A stretch of DNA of 63,837 nt. Source: Anolis carolinensis (lineage: Eukaryota). The translations under genes and the position numbers were made by a program. The notes beneath the pieces are model-generated. The model was given only the letters and a program-made list of their open reading frames with translations. It had not been told where the DNA came from and made no database searches. Below, in pieces: positions 37,299-49,299 of the stretch. The stretch is from the NCBI RefSeq assembly GCF_035594765.1, contig NW_026943825.1:14190753-14254589 (forward strand). The letters run 5' to 3'. Position 1 is the first letter of the stretch; every line of letters starts with the position of its first letter.

Positions 37299-37828
37299 TA
37301 GGCATGTCTGATCAATGAAAAAAATGTTTCAATTCTCGTTTCTAAAGTAGGGGGCGCTGCGCTTCGATATAGAAAGTATTTCTGATTTTTTTCTGATATT
37401 TCCGAAAATTCGTAATGATTCTAAATGTTTCTAAAATGGCGGACGCGCATGCGCAATCGCCAAAAAAAAAAAAGGAACCGGGGGGAGGGGGACTTTTACA
37501 GGGCTCTCCTGCCCTTATTTCTTGAGCTATCCTCATCAAATTTGCAATGCCCTTGCAAGTTGTGCAAAGATACTTTGAAAACTTTGAAGGTAGGTTGCAG
37601 AAACAAAAAAAAAATTAAAAAAAATATTTTTAAAAAAATATATTACAATTTTTTTGGGAGAAAATATTAACAAAACATTAAGAGACAGTTAGAGAATGGG
37701 CCAACAATGGTTCGAATTACATTGCTGGTTGCACTTTGAGACAATGTCTTGGAATGCGTATCAAAAAGCGAGAACAATCTGAAATAAATCCGATATACGA
37801 TTCAAAACGATTTTTTTGGACATGTCTA
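37299..37828 (-). mobile_element. hAT MITE copy 5
   Basis: 8-bp TSD GTTACTAC; same TIRs, reverse orientation. Confidence 0.93.
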
Positions 37829-38819
37829 GTTACTACTTCCCTCAAGTAAAGTCAACTTGTTGCCAGTTGCCTTGTTCTGCCTTAAACCGTAGTTAGATGT
37901 GCTCCACAATAGAACATCTCTTTGGATACTGTGGGATTGATATTGTCCCATCTTGTTGATGGGGCAGCACTGACTTATCAGCCATCACCTTTGGGATTAT
38001 TGGTTTTTAATGTCCTTTTTCACGAGAGGTAGTCACAGGAAGCATATTTGGATTAAAAATGGTTGAAAATAGGGTTTGAAGATGGAACCTGAACTAATGA
38101 GTTCTTTCAAGTATGGGACTTCAGCTAGGCAAAATTTATCCTATAGACTTGTCGAGTATCATCTTTATGTTATCATGATGAAACCATCCCAAGGTCCTGT
38201 AGAGTGGTGGGCCTGAGAAGGAGACACAACTAGCAATATTTGGGACTTCCCTTTGAATGGTCATGACCCCAATTTGGGGCAAAGAACACATGAGCATCCT
38301 TCTCCTCTAGTGCTCGCAACTTCAAACAATACCATGACCTCATGAAAATAACATCTGAGTTTAATAACACCTGGTTCTCCTGATAGGAAGACTTGGAAAG
38401 GTGTCACAGGGCTTTTTACAAAGGCTTCACAAGCACCTATTAAGGTTTAATATGCATCAAGGGTGGTTGTGTACGTGGGTATACACTGGACAATGTCCTT
38501 GCTGATGGGTTGGATCAACAGCAGAGATAGACCCGCATACGTCAATGTACCTCCTCTGTGATAACTGGGCCACCATTTCTTTCTTCTCCAAAACAGAAGG
38601 CATTCCATCTGAAATTAAAGGAAGCATGGGCTTGGTTGTTTTATTTGTCCCTAATAATTGCTGATGGGTTCTTACATGGCCATTAATTCTGCATCTCCAG
38701 CTTTGCCAAGCGTTATTGCCTTTTCTATTCTATCAGACTATTATTTTGATAGGTGTCTGGGCTTCTCAATGGGACATTCTGCTGACCAAGGTGAGGACAC
38801 AAAGATGGACTACATAGAC

Positions 38820-39505
38820 CAGGGGTCCCCAAACTAAGGCCCGTGGGCCGGATGCGGCCCTTCAAGGTCATTACCTGGCCCCTGTCCTAAACTTTAGACT
38901 TAGGGTTGACCTACATCTACCTGGTCTTTGGAGGTCTCTTTGTTTACTTATGGCCTCATGAGATCATCTAGATGGTCTTTGAAGGTCTCATTGCTTAGCT
39001 ACGGCCTTATGAGACCATCTAGATGGCTTTTGGAGGTCACTTTCATTACCTGTGGTCCTATGAGACCGTCTAGATGGCCTATGAGGGTCCCTTTCCTTAC
39101 CTATGGTTTTATGAAATTGTCTAGATGGCCTTTGGGGGCCCCTTTCCTTACCTATGGTCTTATTAGATTGTCTAGATGGCCCTTGAGGGTCCCTTTCCTT
39201 ATCTATGGTCTTTTGATGGCCTGATGAGATCATCTAGATGGCATTTGAGGGTCCCTTTCCTTACTGATGGTCTTATGAGACCATTTAGATGGTCTTTGGA
39301 AGTGTCTTTGCTCCGAGACCCCTCCAAGGTCATTTATCTGGCCCCTGTCCTAAACTTTAGACTTAGGGTTGGCCTAAGTGTGAAATGACTTGAAGGCACA
39401 CAACAACCACAATCCTAATTTTGGACTATTTCATCATAGTCTGGCCCCACAACAGTCAGAGGGACTGTGAATTGGCCCTCCACTTAAAAAGTTTGAAGAC
39501 CCCTG
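38820..39505. mobile_element. hAT MITE containing a ~49-bp minisatellite
   Basis: TIRs CAGGGGTCCCCAAACT / AGTTTGAAGACCCCTG; TSD ACATAGAC; TCTAGATGG repeat units ~38920-39310. Confidence 0.88.
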
Positions 39506-39768
39506 ACATAGACCTTTGTATTGATCCATCATGGCTTCACTTTGAGCTTATGGACTCCTCCACAACCTACACAATTATCAGAAGAGACATGCTGGATCAG
39601 ACCAAAGGTCTACTTAGTCCAGCTTTCTGTTCATACAATAGTCAACAGGACATCCCAATGGGAAGCTTTCATAAGAATCTACTAGAGTAGGCCCATATAG
39701 TTAATGGTAGTAGTCAAATTGCCCCTGTTCTCAATGTACCATATCCCATGGATATGATCAACAGTTGG

Positions 39769-40654
39769 TGTTTATACCCCAGCCACCTTTGGGTTCTGAA
39801 CCTGGTTCAGAAATGAACTTTGACCAGGATGAAGCTTATTCTGACCTTTTACCCAGTTCTACGAGCTCCTTCCAATTACAGACCCCAGCTGTGGATAGCT
39901 CCGATGATTCCTTAATAGGGAGAGATACTGAAAACATTACTCCCGTGGAAGAACCAGATGTTTCGAGTTCCCCAGGGAATGTATCCTTTAACAGAAGGGA
40001 GTTTTTGCATCGCCAGAGATCTCAGAAACAGGAGCTTCGAAGGAGACAACGTTTGGCAGCTAGAGGGGATAATGGATAGGAGATTTCCTTGGGAACCTTG
40101 GGGGAGTTGGTTTCCCTTCGCTGTGATTAGATCTAAGTTCCATAAAAGTGTCTTGCACTGTGAACAGTGTGTGGTGTCAACGTATTGACTAGTGAGAACA
40201 CTTCACAGTTTCCAGTTCCCTGATTTCACCAAGCCAAGTCTCCTGTTCCTGGCGGCCAAGCCGAGCCACAACTCCCGATTTAATCCGGAGTAACTTCAAG
40301 TCCTTGCCTTGTTCCTGAATCCAGATTGCTTTTAGCTTCGTCTTCTACCTGCTTTGATATCCAAGATTTCCTAGTGACTTTGGACCTTGTTATTCACTCC
40401 TGCTTTCTTGTTGTTTCCCCGCTCAAGAACTTCCCAGCAGTTTTGAGTGTGTTTCGGTTTCTGGACTTTGGACAATAATATTGGACATATCTCTTCAACT
40501 CTTGGGACTAATTCATACCATTTCTTAAAGGACTATTGCTCACTCATCTTTTCCACTTATTCTTTTCTGAATTTATTATTGTTTTAATAAAGATATTATA
40601 TGATTATTGGTATCTGTTTGGTTTCCAGTGTTCATGCTGTCTTGGGGTGCTACA
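39769..40654 (+). mobile_element. Solo LTR (family 2, copy 1)
   Basis: TG...CA termini, TSD GTTGG, AATAAA ~40586; homologous to 56722-57587. Confidence 0.88.
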
Positions 40655-41448
40655 GTTGGATCATATCCATGGAACTCACCATGGATATGATCCAACTGTG
40701 GAGGAAGACCACGGAAAACTGAATCTGATGAAATGTTGTTCAAGTAAACTATGGGTTAATGTTGTCTTTCTTCAGGCTCAAATTGAAAGCAAACAAGACC
40801 TTTCAGATCCTGCAAGCTTCTATGTTGTAGAATGAGTGAGGATCATTGCTATGAAATACTGGGATTTGGTGAGTCTATAGAATGCCATGGTGTCAAATTG
40901 CATTGATCATACAATGTAGATGTGGCTTAAAGATTCCCAAACTGTTTCAATACAAGAGTCTTTGTCTACTGGTGAAAAGAGATTCCAGGGTTTCCTGTGG
41001 GAGGGATTTCCACAGTGTGGGATCAGCCATTGAGAAGGCATGTTCTCATTTCAGACCCATATGTATCATTGATTGTGGTGGGACCAAGAGAAAACCTTCA
41101 AATCAGTGACCAGATTTGGTCAACGTTGTATCAAAGTTTTTCAGACACAACTTCACAATTTCATTGCCACTTCCATCAATGACACTGAATCTAAATCATT
41201 GCGCAAGCCTTTGTTCAAAGGCAGCATTTGCAAGAGGGCAGTTGCATCACCTCCCTCAAATTAAAACATCATCCAAGAAGAAATCCGCTTCCATTGGCAA
41301 AGAATGGTAGCCACAGCCCCAGAACTTATGGAGGGTCAGGTTGTGATTATGACAGGGAGAGAAAGCTACAGCCAACAAAATGCTGGCTGGTAAATAATTA
41401 TGTCAACCCTGAGGGTATTTCTAAACCATAAAGTTGTCTTCTTGAGAG

Positions 41449-41541
41449 TATAAAAAGGTTGGCTACCAGCAGTTCTTCCATCAGTTCCTTCCAACATCCA
41501 ACCTCAACTCTTGACTTCTGCTCTTTGGAGAACAGGTGAGT
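41449..41541 (+). promoter_or_regulatory. CBP-B TATA box and non-coding exon 1
   Basis: TATAAAAA 41449-41456; donor AG|GTGAGT at 41536. Confidence 0.85.
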
Positions 41542-42357
41542 TGGAATGCTCTGCTCTTGCATTTTCTCCTTGTAATCCTGGGATGGGAAATATGTAGTCC
41601 ATCCAGAGTTGGTGGGTTACAGTTCCAGGTGTCTATCAAAATTGGCTCTGCTAGCTAGGAATGATAGGTGTTGCAGTTTAACAACTCCGGACAGTTGCAG
41701 ATTGTTCTCTTTTAGCTTTCCCTGGAACCTGGACTATTGGAATTTTTCATGAAACCTATTTATATTTTTTAAATAAGGTCAACTTCTCAGTTCTACATTG
41801 TCTTGACTGTTTATAATGTTATCCTACCTGACAGAGCAAGTAGAGATCAAAACAAAACAAAGACCAACTCTATGGAAGTTGTGCTGCAGGATCTAGAGAT
41901 TCCTAGAGGAAGCATCTCTCTAGAAATTTCTTTAGTGCAACTGTTGGTCACCATCCAAAAGAAGTTGATGATAGAACTGCATTGGAAGACTTCAACATCC
42001 CAGGACAGTTTTTTTTAAAATTTTCCTACTTTTGTGGAGGTTGTGCAGTCCTAAACCCAGAAAATGTGGAGGACTGGTTGTAATGTGGCTCACCTGACCT
42101 TGATACCCCAAATTGTCATGTTTCGATTACCTTAGAAACCTGTCGGGGAAAGGAATATGTTGAGATGCAGAAATTATCATGAAAGGAAGTCCATGCCAGA
42201 TCTGCCATATGTAAGTCCTATGGCAGATCTGTACTGCTCCTACTCTGATTAAAGTCTTTGAGATTCCACCTTCCATAGCAACCTAATACCCCAGAGTTCA
42301 CTCCACTCACTGACCTTTCTGTGTTTTTCTTCCAGATCTTCCTCCACTTTTGACACC

Positions 42358-42729
42358 ATGACTTTCGGTTGGGGAAACTGTGGCTACGGCTGTAATGTTG
42401 CCTGCGAATCGCAATGTCCTCCCTCCCACGTCTACATCCAACCTCCCTGCTATGCCGTGACCATTCCTGGGCCTGTGATGCACTGTGATACCGAACCTTG
42501 TGCTGCATCCAGCCATACACCTTGTGGCTACGGGAGCTGCGGCTATGGTGGCTATGGTGGTTATGGTGGTTATGGAGGCTATGGCGGTTATGGTGGTTAT
42601 GGCGGCTATGGCGGCTGGGGTTACGGTGGCCGGGGATGTGGTTATGGTGGCTGGGGAGGCTGCGGTTATGGCCATTGTGGCTACGGTGGCTGGGGAAATA
42701 GATGTGGGTATGGTGGCTGGGGATATTAA
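42358..42729 (+). CDS. Corneous beta-protein, type B, 123 aa
   Basis: Core CESQCPPSHVYIQPPCYAVTIPGPVMHC; (YGG)8 tail; acceptor 42334-42335; ATTAAA 43475-43480. Confidence 0.96.
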   Translation: MTFGWGNCGYGCNVACESQCPPSHVYIQPPCYAVTIPGPVMHCDTEPCAASSHTPCGYGSCGYGGYGGYGGYGGYGGYGGYGGYGGWGYGGRGCGYGGWGGCGYGHCGYGGWGNRCGYGGWGY

Positions 42730-43587
42730 ACCTGGTACACTCCTCAAAAACCCAGAAGAGAACTCCCGAAACACAAGAAACGACCCAGCAATGGACTCTT
42801 GACAAAGACCTGTGGCTGAGATTTTGTGCCTGGGTGCCAGAACGATGGGTATGCGCAATATCCCACATTGTGGCTGCTCTTCAAATCTCTGAACACCCAG
42901 GCCTTCACGTTCCTTGATCTTCTCTACACCTCTCATATTCTGTTTGCTCCCAGACAGTTCCATTGTTCTCCGTTCTTCCACCATGTTTCAGCAACTTAAT
43001 CCATCTTCTCTGGTCATGATGCAAAAGATCAGAGTTCAACAGCAAGAAGTCCCCAGCTTGCTATGAACGTTCAGCTTCTGATTTTTGGAGCTGGACCTTA
43101 CCATCATGAGAAGTTCCATTGCAGAGGTGTGGGAGTTTGATGTTGTGGTGCTTCAGTTCCCACCATACCTGACCAGTATGGCCAATGGTCAGGGATGAAG
43201 GGGGCTGTGGTTCAAGAAGACCCAGAGAGCCCCATGTTCCCCATTGTCCAATATCTATGGGGAAATTCCTTGGCTCTTTAGAAGAACCTATCATCAATGG
43301 TGGTGGTGGGCAATGCGACTCAGTTTAGTCCACATTTGTAAAGACCACAAGGAATTTTCACCATTTGTAAACTGAATATTGCTTTTCTTGTTTTCTGTAC
43401 TACTGAACAGTTTGGAGACATGTTGTTACCTGTTTTCTTTTGCTTCTCTTGAAATTGTGCCTGCTTTAAATAACATTAAAAACCATCATACATCATTTTA
43501 CTTGTGCACTTGTTTTGCTTTAGTGGTGTTGGATGTGATATTATAAAAAATGGTGGCCATTGAATATATATATACATATACATATAC

Positions 43588-43642
<55 letters not shown>

Positions 43643-43646
<4 letters not shown>

Positions 43647-44754
43647 CTTGGGGACCCCGCCGGTGCCCGGGTCATTTGAGAAAGGCATTGTTTGCCTGTG
43701 TTCCAAGTGTAGTCTCAATCCAATGTCAGCTGGAGTGGTGCGGATGAACTACATCTCCTATCTGGAAGTCCCATCGTGCATGATCTATCCCTCGCCAAAC
43801 AGTGCCAGGATGTAAAATGAATCATGGGGGCTCTGTGTATCAAGTTTGGTCCTTATTCGTCATTAGTGGGAGTCACAGTGCTCTCAAGAAGTGAGTGAAG
43901 GTATTGCATGTCCCATCATCCATGCTCCATCACCCTCCAAACAATGCTAGTAGATGTTGAGTAGATCATGGGGACTATATGTGTCAAGTTTAGTCTTGAT
44001 CAGACATTGATGGGAGTCGCAGTGCTCCCTGGAAATGAGTAAAGGTATTGGAAGTCCCATCATCCATGGTCCATCCCATTTCAAACAGTGGCAGGATGTA
44101 GAGTAGGTCATGGGGGGTTTGTGTACCAAGTTTGGTCCTCATTTGTCATTGCTGGGGGTGGCAGTGGTCTCGGGAAGTGAGTGAAGATACTGCAAATCCC
44201 ATTGCAGCATTTAAAGTGAGTCATTTGGGCCACATTGCATCTTTGTTCCAAGTTTGGTCTAGTTGTGTCATTTGTAGGGCTCACAATGGTCTGTGGGAGG
44301 TGAATCGGGGGAAGGTACTGCAAATCCCATAATCCTTGGTCTGTCCTGCCCCAAACTGCAGCAGCATGTAAACTGTGTCATATGATCTATGTGTGCCAAG
44401 TCTGGTCCAATTCTGTTATTCCTGGCAGTTGTAGTGGTGTCAGGAAGTGAGTGAAGGTACTGTAAGTCCCATCATCCTTGGTGTGTCCTCCGCCAAACTG
44501 CAGCAGGACATAAAGGGGGTCATGGGAGCTCTGTCTGCCAAGTTTGGTCCAGTTCCGTCACTCGTGGGCATGGCAGTGATCTGTGGGAGCTGTAACTATG
44601 GAAAGTACTACAAATCCCATCATCTGTTGTCCATCCTCCCCCAAACAGCACCAGGCCGTAACGTGTGTTATGGGGGACAAGTGTGTTGAGTTTGGTCCAG
44701 ATCCGTCATTCGTGACGGTCGTAGTTGTCTGTGTAAGTGGCGGCCAATCAGAAA
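43643..44754 (-). mobile_element. Probable Helitron-like element with internal diverged ~155-bp tandem repeats, cut by the gap
   Basis: Minus-strand GC-rich hairpin-like end plus CTAA at ~43643-43672; CCAAGTTTGGTCC-like marker recurs about every 140-160 bp. Confidence 0.55.
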
Positions 44755-44894
44755 NNNNNNNNNNNNNNNNNNNNNNNNNNNNNNNNNNNNNNNNNNNNNN
44801 NNNNNNNNNNNNNNNNNNNNNNNNNNNNNNNNNNNNNNNNNNNNNNNNNNNNNNNNNNNNNNNNNNNNNNNNNNNNNNNNNNNNNNNNNNNNNN
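44755..44894. other. Assembly gap (140 N)
   Basis: Run of N. Confidence 1.
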
Positions 44895-46093
44895 GAACTG
44901 GCCTCTCAATTTTGAACCATCTTGAAGGCCCTTCTTTGGACCCATCCCAGCTTATCAATATATAATAAGGGCATTAAATGGTCAATACAATTAACAGCAG
45001 CTAAAGTGAATAAGTCACAAAAACATTAAATATAAACAGAAGAAGTCACCTCTCAAGGACCCTTTGAAAGTCTTCACTGCCTAGGGAAGTATCGGAAAGA
45101 TGAACCAGTCCAACATCTTTGGAAGGGGCTTCCAACGTTTGGATGGAGCCATCATAAAGGCCCTATCTTCTCTTACCATCAGATAAAGCTGTGAGGGTGA
45201 TGGGACAGAGAAGAGGGCCTTTCCCAAAAATCTCAAGTTCTTGACGGGCTCATAGATGGAAGTGAACTCTTTCAGATAGCCTGGATCTCTTTATATAGGG
45301 CTTTGTAGCTCATGACCAGCACTGTCAGACAATAGAGCGGATCCAATAATGAAGTTTTTGTGGACAGAGCTGGTTGGAGCGTTTTTGGATCAACGGAAAT
45401 TTGTAGGACATATCAAGGTTCTACCAGCTCTATCTAATTTCCTACATGACATCATATAAATTCTCATCTGTCTCTTCTCTTGGTTGAACGTACCTAATTT
45501 CATGACCCATTTCTCGTAAGACCTGCTTCTCCGATCTTAGACCATCTTGAACTCCTTCCTCTGGATTCATTCCAGCTTATCAAAAGACTTCTTGAATGGT
45601 GGCACCCAGAACCCATTTTCAGACAGGGTTTTCTTGGCTACATTTATTCAAAGAAGGTTTGCCATGGTTTTCTTCCCATGCTGGGTGAGTGTGACATGCC
45701 CAAGATTTACCCGGAAAATTTCCATCCAGGCTCAGATCTCCCAGATTCTTGGTCCCACACTCAAGCCATAATCACTTTTGATCATAGATGAGTTCAATCT
45801 TTTGGTCATTTTGGTAGTCTCCCCACCAAATTCACCAGGAAGCTGCCAACTGTAGCTCTATAGTTGACCACATGAGGGAGTTTCTCCACTTCTCAAACAT
45901 ACCTTTTTTGGAGTATATATGTATATGTATATGTGTGTATCTACATACACATGCGTTGGTGTCCATGACTTCACAGGGATTTGATGGGTTGTTTTAGTTC
46001 TGTATAACTTTCCTTGTTTTGTTTAGGTACAGTGTTGTTCTCTTTGGTGCTTTTCTGCATATAAATCAAGGTAATGAAATACTCTATTTAAAA

Positions 46094-46439
46094 CAGTGGC
46101 TCCCAACTTTTTGTGACTAGGGACCACTTGGCTAGCGATCACTCTTCAATGTTAGTACCAAAAAAGTTATGAATCAGTTTTTGGTCAACTTTAGATTGAG
46201 TTTGGTTATCTGGGGTGCTGATTCAGAAAACTGCATTGGATAGACCACATCAGCTTTAGTTTCTGATACAGAACATATGCCATCCAACAGTCACCATCTG
46301 CTCGCCCACAGAAAACCATATTTAATATTCTAGAGCTGATGTGGTCTATCCAATGCAATTTTCTGAACCAGCACCCCAAATAACCGCAGGAATAGGCCTA
46401 AAAATGAAGACAACAAGACGCTCCCACTTCCAGGCACCA

Positions 46440-46505
<66 letters not shown>

Positions 46506-46906
46506 TTATTTATATACTGCCCTATCTCCCGGATGGGACTCAGGGCGGTTTACAGTCATAAAAGCAACACAAACATTACATAACAGCATAATACGCATTA
46601 TTAAACAAAGTAAAATAATACAATTATAACAATAAATCACACTTACATGACCAGATCAAGGGAACATGGAATGGCTCCACTCAAGGGGAGGGAGGAGGAG
46701 GAGAAGCAGCAGTCAGGAGGCTCATCGCACCTTTAGTGGGTAGTCAGCCTCTCCTCTCCCAACATCCCCATTACCTCAGCACTATAAGAGGGTTTCACGA
46801 GACCAGTCTCTCTACTTGCAACAGTGTAGTAACAGTGAGGCCATGGATCATATTTTAGTTCTTGGAGACCACTGGTGGTCCATGGACCAAAGGTCAGGAA
46901 CCACTA
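46094..46906 (-). mobile_element. hAT MITE (CAGTGGTTCCCAA-type) with an internal (TAA)n / LINE-tail insertion
   Basis: 8-bp TSD ATTTAAAA; reverse-complement similarity to 18329-18861. Confidence 0.85.
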
Positions 46907-47188
46907 ATTTAAAAGAATGGTCTCAAAAATTAAACAATTGCAATATCCACCATGACCAAGTTGATGGGAAGATTCCGAGTATCATAATCTCAAATGTTAT
47001 TTTTTTCTGAGTTTTCAGCATTACAAATAAATGTAATGTAGTAGAGACAAGGGTGCGGCCATTGCTTCAGAGCTAAGAATTTTTCCCTCCCAAATGCCAT
47101 TTAACTTTAGTCGTCAAATTTCTGACATTGTGAGAAAATTTCATCAGAGCATTTAGGAATACAGTTTAAACTTTGAAGGAAAAGGGAC

Positions 47189-47923
47189 TGTAAAGGAGAG
47201 TCTTATTTTATTAAACACTGCTACCAATTGTAAGATGTTTATTTACGCTGCCACCAAATTATAAAGTCTTTATAATGCTGCCACCAACTGTAAAGGGGAT
47301 TATTAATGCTTGACACCACTTTGGAAAAATGCACCAAAGAACTAGAGAGGAGACCTTTTAATTCTTGTTTTTCTTTCTTCTTCTTATTTACTTAGATGGT
47401 AACACAACTCAGTTCATAATACATGTGACAGAGGCTTAGATGTTTGAGGAACAACAACAAGCTTATTCAGACACAGAGCTTAGTGGTTACAATGACATTT
47501 CTCCTTAGAGGCACTTTAGTTAACAGTTGCAATATTAGAATAAGGTAATTCAAACTTCTTAAAATGTCACTTCTTTCTTTACTGCTTTTAAACCACAGTC
47601 ATCTTGTGATATACAATCACAAATTCTCCGTTCCTTATCAGGACACAGACTGCATTAAATAAGTCACCAAACTTATTTTAAACTGACTCAAAAAATAAGC
47701 AATTGAGCCTCCCTGATCCCTTCAACCCAGGATCAGTCTTCCCTGTGCCTCATTAGAGCACAGACTCTGTTTTTTTAAAAACTCGGCAGTTGGCTCCACC
47801 CACTTCTCCATGGCAACCAACCTCTGAGTGCTGAGATGCAATAATTGAAATACTGACCCTTTGAAAACACAAACACATAATTACACATAACATCTGTAAA
47901 CCAAAAATTCACACTTCATTACA
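47189..47923 (-). mobile_element. Solo LTR with PBS-like array (copy 2)
   Basis: TGTAA...TTACA termini; perfect TSD GGGAC. Confidence 0.9.
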
Positions 47924-49299
47924 GGGACAAACCAAACAACCAAGAGAATATGATAATTTCAAATAGGAATGATTTGTGATGCCCCCATCTTTGTGTTGCT
48001 AGAAATACTGGTTGTACAACATGCAACTGTGGCTAAAATACTCTTTTCCGTTCTGCTTTTAAATGCATAGGAACCCCAAAAATGTACAGTGCTTTGTCAT
48101 GCTTCCCCTTTATCAAAGTACAGAGGGCACATCTACATTGACCACTTTGGTCATTGTGAAACTGGAAAAAAAAAAGGAAGACATTTCGTCATTTGGAAAA
48201 TTACATGTGAAGTCCTGGAATTGTTTCCAGCCTGGATGGTACTTATATGCAACTCAGGGGCTGTTCTTAAACCAGTATAACAACCACTTTCAAAGTAAGT
48301 ACCACACAGTTCAACAGGGAATAGCACTTTTAAACCAGGAACAGAATTTTTTTCAAATTTTGTTACATAGTGTATCTCTGGACCTTCCCAAGTTTCCCTT
48401 TGATCTGCTCTAGTAGGATTCATTTGAAGGTCTTCTGACACCCGCCAGCTTGTTTTAAGCCCGCTTACACAGCCCTGAAGATGCCTGATATTTATTTACA
48501 TAGAAATGTGCCCTGAAGATATAATTATACCTGTGAAAAGTGACTCAGTGATGGAACAATGATAAAGCCGATAGACTTGCATCTCTTCTCGCTTCAGAAC
48601 AGCTTCAGAAGAGCCCAGTGTTCAGGGTGTTCCTTCAAAAGCACACAAAGTCGGGGAGATGTTTAGTACTATTCTTTCCCCTGTTTAATCGACCCAGAAA
48701 AATATCTGCCATACATGTAGTGGCAGTAAGATTACTAAGGGTGTATCTTGGCAGGGCTGAAAAGATTATTTATATCATGGAGCCATGGCAATACAAGAGG
48801 TGTTAAACTGCATTCATTCTCCAATATAGACCCACCAAAAGGCTTTTCTCTGTAGGCAGGCCTTTGGCGTTGAAACTCCTATGGCAGAAGGATTCTTCAT
48901 AGAGTGAGCTTTTTTAAATATATAATTTTCACATGTTTTAAAGGTGTTTCCACCTTTGGGTCTATTTGTATATACAGTAGAGTCTCACTTATCCAAGCTA
49001 AACGGGCCGGCAGAAGCTTGGATAAGAAAATATCTTGGATAATAAGGAGGGATTAAGGAAAAGCCTATTAAACATCAAATTCGGCTATGATTTTACAAAT
49101 TAAGCACCAAAACATGATTTACAACAAATCAACAGAAACATGTTTGCAAGTGCAGAGGGAAAATGCGTGTGCGCGCGCACACACACATAGATGTCTAGAT
49201 AGATATAAACATTGATAAATAGGGCTTGCAAATATTGCAGGAGGAAAATGCACATAGAGAGGATTTGCAAAGGTTTCAGGGAGAAATACACATGTGAAA

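Noticed and set aside
42218-42984. 216- and 225-aa antisense ORFs over CBP-B (and similar ones over the other CBPs)
   Set aside because: Reverse complement of Gly/Tyr codon repeats is naturally stop-poor; no promoter or splice support
44583-44958. ORFs spanning the N run
   Set aside because: Assembly-gap artefacts
47189-47336. CRISPR array
   Set aside because: Vertebrate DNA, repeats only ~9-15 nt, no cas genes; explained as LTR-end/PBS units
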